Assembly (NCBI GenBank): GCA_039679545.1
Contig: JBDKUT010000120.1
Coordinates: 1-35,674 of the forward strand
Reading direction: 5' to 3'
From: Thermotogota bacterium
GTDB lineage: Bacteria; Bipolaricaulota; Bipolaricaulia; UBA7950; UBA9294
Length of the DNA stretch: 35,674 bases
A program made the translations under genes and the position numbers. Positions 27,643-35,674 of the stretch are shown here, in pieces (position 1 is the stretch's first letter; every line of letters begins with the position of its first letter). The notes under the pieces are model-generated. The model did not search any database and had not been told where the DNA came from. It saw nothing but the letters and a program-made list of their open reading frames with translations.

Positions 27643-28956
27643 CTAGGCCGAATTTAGGTGTTGCTCCAGGTACCGGTAGTCGGGGGTAAGGTTCCCGCGG
27701 CATGCAATCACGGCGCGCTTCAGTTCAGGCGACAACCCGCACGCGTCAAGGGACTTCGAGTAGTCGGCCGCGGCGATCTGCGGCACGAATGCCTTCAGGA
27801 TGTTGCTGAAGTAGGCGGACGCCTCCCGCGGCAACTCACTCGGAAGGATCTCCACCGCCATGATGACGGGGCCTTTTCCGCCCACGCCCGGCGTGGTGGT
27901 TCCACGAGAAATGTCGTACACGTAGATCGGATCGTCCGGCTCGGTAGCGCGCACCGTGACCTCGATCGCCCCTTTGACGTCGCATGAGATGTCCCCGATC
28001 ACGCGAAGCTTCGGTCGCTGACTCTCGAATTGGTCTCGGACGTCCTGCCGGGTAACGAGCCGGGGGTATTTCGGCTCCCAGTAGATGCAGTTCACGATCG
28101 TGTGAAGATGTGGCAAGTACTGCGCAAACGTGCCTCGGTACCGCTCCGGGTGCTGGTAGTACTCCTGCAAGTCGAACGACTTGCCTGCGACCTGAGGGGC
28201 GACCGTATCCTGCTCTTTGAACAGAACCTTGACGATCGGATGGGCCGGGTCTACGGCAGGCATCCCCGACAAGAGCGCCGACGGCGAGACCTCCGTCAGC
28301 GGGAGCAGGCCGAGAATCTCCTGTGCGCCTCGTGAGACATTCCCGTACCCCGTCACGCCGATCACGAGGGGAGAGATCGACTTCGGAAGCCCGCGCGTTC
28401 GGATTTCGTCCCCCACGGCGGCAATCGCGGCCTTGGCCTCAGCAAGCGACGCGTACGAGGACGCCTGTCGCACCCGCTCGAGAGGTGTGTGGATTCCTTC
28501 CCACAGCAGGCGCTGTCCAAGCGCCCACAACGTGTCGATCATCCCCGCGAGTCCAGCGTAGTTGCCGAAGAAGACGAGTCGGCGTCCCGAGCCATCGACG
28601 ATCCGCTCGTAATCGATGATGGTCGCCCCCAGATCAAGGATGCGTTTCAGCATCGACATGTTGTGCGGCTGCCCCTTGATCGTGTGGGAGAAGAACACGT
28701 AGACCTTATCCCGTTCGATCACGTCGACCGGGATCTCCTTCAGGCCGATGATGACCGAGCAATCCGTCAGCCGATCCGCCACAGGGAGTCCCACGGCTCG
28801 GTAGTCGTCGTCCTCAAAGATCCGTCGTCCCGAGGACTGGATGGTCACGTCCAGCGGATGACGGTCGCACAGCTCGCGCACATGCTCCGGAATCAGCGGC
28901 GTACGCCGCTCCCAGACATACATGTCTTCCCGGCGGATACCGATCTTGTGACGCAC
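27643..28956 (-). CDS. Lysine-ketoglutarate reductase (LKR domain of AASS; AlaDh/PNT fold)
   Basis: GIRREDMYVWERRTPLIP, GLKEIP, FFSHTIKGQ, IDYE, FGNYAGLAG, GYGNVSRGA, NCIYW, DISCD, LPSELP. Confidence 0.9.
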   Translation of the reverse strand: MRHKIGIRREDMYVWERRTPLIPEHVRELCDRHPLDVTIQSSGRRIFEDDDYRAVGLPVADRLTDCSVIIGLKEIPVDVIERDKVYVFFSHTIKGQPHNMSMLKRILDLGATIIDYERIVDGSGRRLVFFGNYAGLAGMIDTLWALGQRLLWEGIHTPLERVRQASSYASLAEAKAAIAAVGDEIRTRGLPKSISPLVIGVTGYGNVSRGAQEILGLLPLTEVSPSALLSGMPAVDPAHPIVKVLFKEQDTVAPQVAGKSFDLQEYYQHPERYRGTFAQYLPHLHTIVNCIYWEPKYPRLVTRQDVRDQFESQRPKLRVIGDISCDVKGAIEVTVRATEPDDPIYVYDISRGTTTPGVGGKGPVIMAVEILPSELPREASAYFSNILKAFVPQIAAADYSKSLDACGLSPELKRAVIACRGNLTPDYRYLEQHLNSA

Positions 28957-29004
28957 GATATTCCTCCATGGTCGAACTGAACGGCCTCTCGGTCACGCCG
29001 GGGG

Positions 29005-29033
29005 AGTATACCGAAGCGGAAATGTCCAAGCAA
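29005..29033 (-). promoter_or_regulatory. Putative sigma70 promoter of the LKR-SDH operon
   Basis: TTGCTT(29033-29028)-17-TATACT(29010-29005). Confidence 0.6.
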
Positions 29034-29117
29034 CCCGTACTTTCAGCTTCCTTCCGCTCGAGACACTAGAGACACTAGCCAAGAGGATATCCTATCGGAT
29101 AAGATAATGGTCCTGAC

Positions 29118-30170
29118 ATGAGAGAACTCATCAGAACAACCAGAGGCCGTCTGATAATCGCGCAGCGGATCCTGCTCCGCAGTGCGGCGGCCGTCGCGTG
29201 TCTCGTACCGCTGGGAGGAGGAATCGGCGGGCGCGGCACGGTATCTACGGATGTCGTCATTCACGAAGTGTGTTGGACGGGCACGCAGGCGAGCTCCGCC
29301 GACGAATGGATTGAGCTCAAAAACAACCTCAGCCGCGCTGTGCTGCTCTCCGGCTGGCGCCTCGTTGCGGAAGACGGAGTCCCGGCCGTAACGCTCTCCG
29401 GAACCCTCGCTGCGCAGGGGTTCGTTCTGCTCGAGCGAACCGACGATTCGACCGTCGTCGACGTACCTGCGGATGTTCTTTTCACGGGGACGCTCGAGAA
29501 CTCGGGAGAAACGTTGTACCTCTTCGACTCGAGCGGGCGACTCGTCGACTCGGTCGAGTGCGGCGGGGGATGGTTCGCCGGCGAGTCCGCGCCGTCGTAC
29601 GCCACGATGGAACGAGTGAACTCAAGACGGTCCGGCGTCGCTGCGAATTGGCGCACGCACGACGGGTCGATGCAGAACGGGCACGACGCCGCTGGCCACG
29701 CACTTCGGGGCACGCCGAGGGCCGCGAACTCCGTGACGAAGCCTCCGCACGTTGATTTCGTCACGTCGCCCGCGAGCCCGACAGTCTGGGACAACGTGGA
29801 ATTCCGGGATCTCTCCACCGACAGCGACGGCGAGGTGAACTCGTGGCAGTGGGATTTCGGAGACGGGGTCGTGTGCAACACCCAGACCGCCGTTCACCGT
29901 TTTCCCGCCCCGGGAACGTACTGCGTTGCCCTGACGGTTGAAGACAACGACGGTCTTATCGCACGTTGCGAGCAGTGGGTCGCCGCGTCGACCGGACCCG
30001 GCGACCTAAACGACGACGGGAAGATCGATCTGATTGACGTCCATCTTTGCCTAGAGCTCACGCAGGAGCTCGGCGGCACGTCGGCATTGGAGGATGCCGA
30101 CGTTGACCTCGACGGAAATGTCGATCTCGACGACGCGAAGAAGCTCGCGGAGTTCGTCCTCGGTCTGTAG
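29118..30170 (+). CDS. Secreted lamin-tail-domain + PKD + dockerin-like protein
   Basis: VVIHEV...DEWIELKN...LSGWRL (LTD); STDSDGEVNSWQWDFGDG...H.F..PGTY.V.LTV.D (PKD); GDLNDDGKID...ADVDLDGNVD (dockerin/EF-hand pair). Confidence 0.85.
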   Translation: MRELIRTTRGRLIIAQRILLRSAAAVACLVPLGGGIGGRGTVSTDVVIHEVCWTGTQASSADEWIELKNNLSRAVLLSGWRLVAEDGVPAVTLSGTLAAQGFVLLERTDDSTVVDVPADVLFTGTLENSGETLYLFDSSGRLVDSVECGGGWFAGESAPSYATMERVNSRRSGVAANWRTHDGSMQNGHDAAGHALRGTPRAANSVTKPPHVDFVTSPASPTVWDNVEFRDLSTDSDGEVNSWQWDFGDGVVCNTQTAVHRFPAPGTYCVALTVEDNDGLIARCEQWVAASTGPGDLNDDGKIDLIDVHLCLELTQELGGTSALEDADVDLDGNVDLDDAKKLAEFVLGL

Positions 30171-30177
30171 GCCGCCG

Positions 30178-30957
30178 TCAGCGGCCGCCCCACCGCTCGA
30201 ACGCGTCCTTCCCTTCAGAGCGGTGGAACGCCCACGTGATCAGGGCGTTCGTGTCATGGTGGAAAGTCTCTCCTCGCTCGTCGAGCCAAGCGCCGACCGT
30301 GTCGACCATCCGCTTCGTCCGTTCCTGGGTGGGGTCGCGGAACGCCGCCTCCATGTTCTCAAGAAGATTCTCGGGGATGCCGAGTCGGAGCAACTCCTGC
30401 TCGGTCCAGTGGTGGGTTGCCGGCCACGATCGCGCAGCAAGGAAGAGAACCTTGACGAGTGCTGAGACTGCGTCGCCATGCAGGAGACGTAGGTTCAGGT
30501 TTCGGTCCCTCCCCGCAAGCTCCGTTTTGCGAGCCCGGCCGAGCGCAAAGCGAAACTCAAGGTAGTGCACGCACAATCGATCGTGTCGGATCCTCTCCGG
30601 AAGTTCGGCAAGGCGCCGGACGACCGGAGCGATCCTTCCCTGGGGGTCATGGAGGATCTCGGCGTGCTGGTATGGGTAGTGAAACAAATCCTGGGTCGAC
30701 GAAACGAGAGCGAGGAACTCGCTCCACGGCCGCAGGTAGAACTCGTAGTCGACGACCTTCGGCTCGCCGTCCTTGTATGCGAAGATCTGCCGCTCGGCAT
30801 CGGGAGTCTGCGCGTACGCCGCGTCTTCGAGGACGACCTCAATGTCGTAGTCCGAGAGGTCGTCACGGTGTGGGCGCGTCGCTGAACCGACGACGTAGAT
30901 CCCGACGACATCCTTCCTTGCGATGTACGAGCGGCTGAGTTCCCTGGCGCGTTCCAC
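30178..30957 (-). CDS. Pol-beta-superfamily nucleotidyltransferase (DUF4037/KNTase-like)
   Basis: GTG with SD GGGGAGG; VVGS...SDYDIEVV motif, ILHDPQG, helical C-terminal domain. Confidence 0.78.
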   Translation of the reverse strand: MERARELSRSYIARKDVVGIYVVGSATRPHRDDLSDYDIEVVLEDAAYAQTPDAERQIFAYKDGEPKVVDYEFYLRPWSEFLALVSSTQDLFHYPYQHAEILHDPQGRIAPVVRRLAELPERIRHDRLCVHYLEFRFALGRARKTELAGRDRNLNLRLLHGDAVSALVKVLFLAARSWPATHHWTEQELLRLGIPENLLENMEAAFRDPTQERTKRMVDTVGAWLDERGETFHHDTNALITWAFHRSEGKDAFERWGGR

Positions 30958-31034
30958 TGGGTTGGCCTCCCCGAACGACGAATGAGAAGCGCCGCAGGCA
31001 CACCCACGGCGTCAGGCACGGGCCCCTTGCAGCG

Positions 31035-31110
31035 TGGTGGGTGGTACAGGACTCGAACCTGTGGCCTCATGCACGTCAAGCATGCGCTCTCCCAACTGAG
31101 CTAACCACCC
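31035..31110 (-). tRNA. tRNA-Val(GAC)
   Basis: GGGTGGTTAGCTCAGTTGGGAGAGCG-CATGC-TTGACGT-GCATG-AGGCCACAGGTTCGAGTCCTGTACCACCCACCA; full cloverleaf, CCA encoded. Confidence 0.97.
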
Positions 31111-31123
31111 CTGGGATTGGGTG

Positions 31124-31194
31124 AGGCGGCGAGCGGACTCGAACCGCTGATCAGGGATTTGCAGTCCCTTGCCTTACCGCTTGGCTACGCCGCC
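31124..31194 (-). tRNA. tRNA-Cys(GCA)
   Basis: GGCGGCGTAGCCAAGCGGTAAGGCA-AGGGA-CTGCAAA-TCCCT-GATCAGCGGTTCGAGTCCGCTCGCCGCCT; U73 discriminator; CCA not encoded. Confidence 0.96.
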
Positions 31195-31203
31195 GGCCGA
31201 CCG

Positions 31204-31232
31204 ATTATAGAGTCTGTCTCTACAACCAGCAA
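31204..31232 (-). promoter_or_regulatory. Promoter of the tRNA pair
   Basis: TTGCTG(31232-31227)-17-TATAAT(31209-31204), about 10 nt before tRNA-Cys. Confidence 0.75.
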
Positions 31233-31272
31233 TTCTCTCGGCAGACCTTCGACACACCTCGGCTCTGCGGCC

Positions 31273-33577
<2,305 letters not shown>

Positions 33578-33580
33578 GGC

Positions 33581-35157
<1,577 letters not shown>

Positions 35158-35161
<4 letters not shown>

Positions 35162-35652
35162 GCCTCCCCCGATTGCCCGAGCGTCTGATGGAGCCGATCG
35201 AGCCTTGCTTTCAGCGTTCCGTCCAACGTTCGCCCCTCGATCTCGATCCGTGCCCCGGCCAGGACCGCCGGATCGACGTTCTCTTCAAGCTTGATCCGGA
35301 CCTTCAGGGCGTGCTCGAGCTTCTCCGTCAGGTGCGTTCTTTCGTCGTTCGACAGCGACTGGGCGGTGACGACGCGCACACGGACGATTCCTTCGGCCTC
35401 GGCACGCACCGACAGGAATTCGCCGAGAACGAGGTCGCGGACGAGGAGTCCCATCAAGTGCCGGAATCCTTCGCTCGCGTCGGGGAACGCCGTCTTGACG
35501 AGCTCTGCGGCCCGGCTCTCGGGCTCGGGCGTCTCGTCAGTCGACGCAGCGATCTGCCGAAGCTCCCGTTCCAGGGCGTCGGTCGTCTTCTCCCCGGCCG
35601 AGAGGGCGTAGAGGTCCTCGGCGATCTTCCGCGCGACGTCCCGGGATCTCAC
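35158..35652 (-). CDS. atpH: F1 ATP synthase delta subunit (short, divergent)
   Basis: [22 protein letters not shown]...DGTL; directly upstream of atpA. Confidence 0.88.
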
Positions 35653-35674
35653 CGCTTCTCCTTCACCCCGTCAA
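35649..35674 (-). CDS. 3' end of the upstream gene (probably ATP synthase b subunit)
   Basis: ...DGVKEKR* with TGA overlapping the atpH GTG; identity is from gene order only. Confidence 0.5.

Noticed and set aside
24022..31110. Integrated element at tRNA-Val
   Set aside because: No integrase and no convincing duplicate of the tRNA 3' end; accessory character is only an impression.

Overview
High-GC bacterial chromosomal segment, mostly housekeeping genes. The gene mix (Thermotoga-like ferredoxin, archaeal-type AhcY and geranylgeranyl reductase, HrcA/CIRCE, LptB/LptC) suggests a deep-branching anaerobic diderm such as Bipolaricaulota/Acetothermia; this is inference only. Order: partial secreted protein (-), ferredoxin, patatin-EamA-ahcY-S41 peptidase-gpsA-GGR cluster, O-antigen-ligase-like/TPR protein, secA, a three-gene TrpX-like ABC importer (-), hrcA-grpE-dnaK-dnaJ with CIRCE, rdgB, secG, pyrG-lptC-lptB, an accessory-looking block (DUF1573/rhodanese, TIM-barrel protein, split saccharopine-pathway LKR + SDH, LTD-PKD-dockerin protein, nucleotidyltransferase), tRNA-Val and tRNA-Cys, and the end of an F-type ATP synthase operon lacking atpC after atpD. 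The best finding is upstream of the ABC importer: a consensus sigma70 promoter, an almost leaderless 31-aa leader peptide with six consecutive aromatic codons (FYWYWF), alternative hairpins and an intrinsic terminator. This looks like a ribosome-mediated attenuator sensing Phe, Tyr and Trp together.
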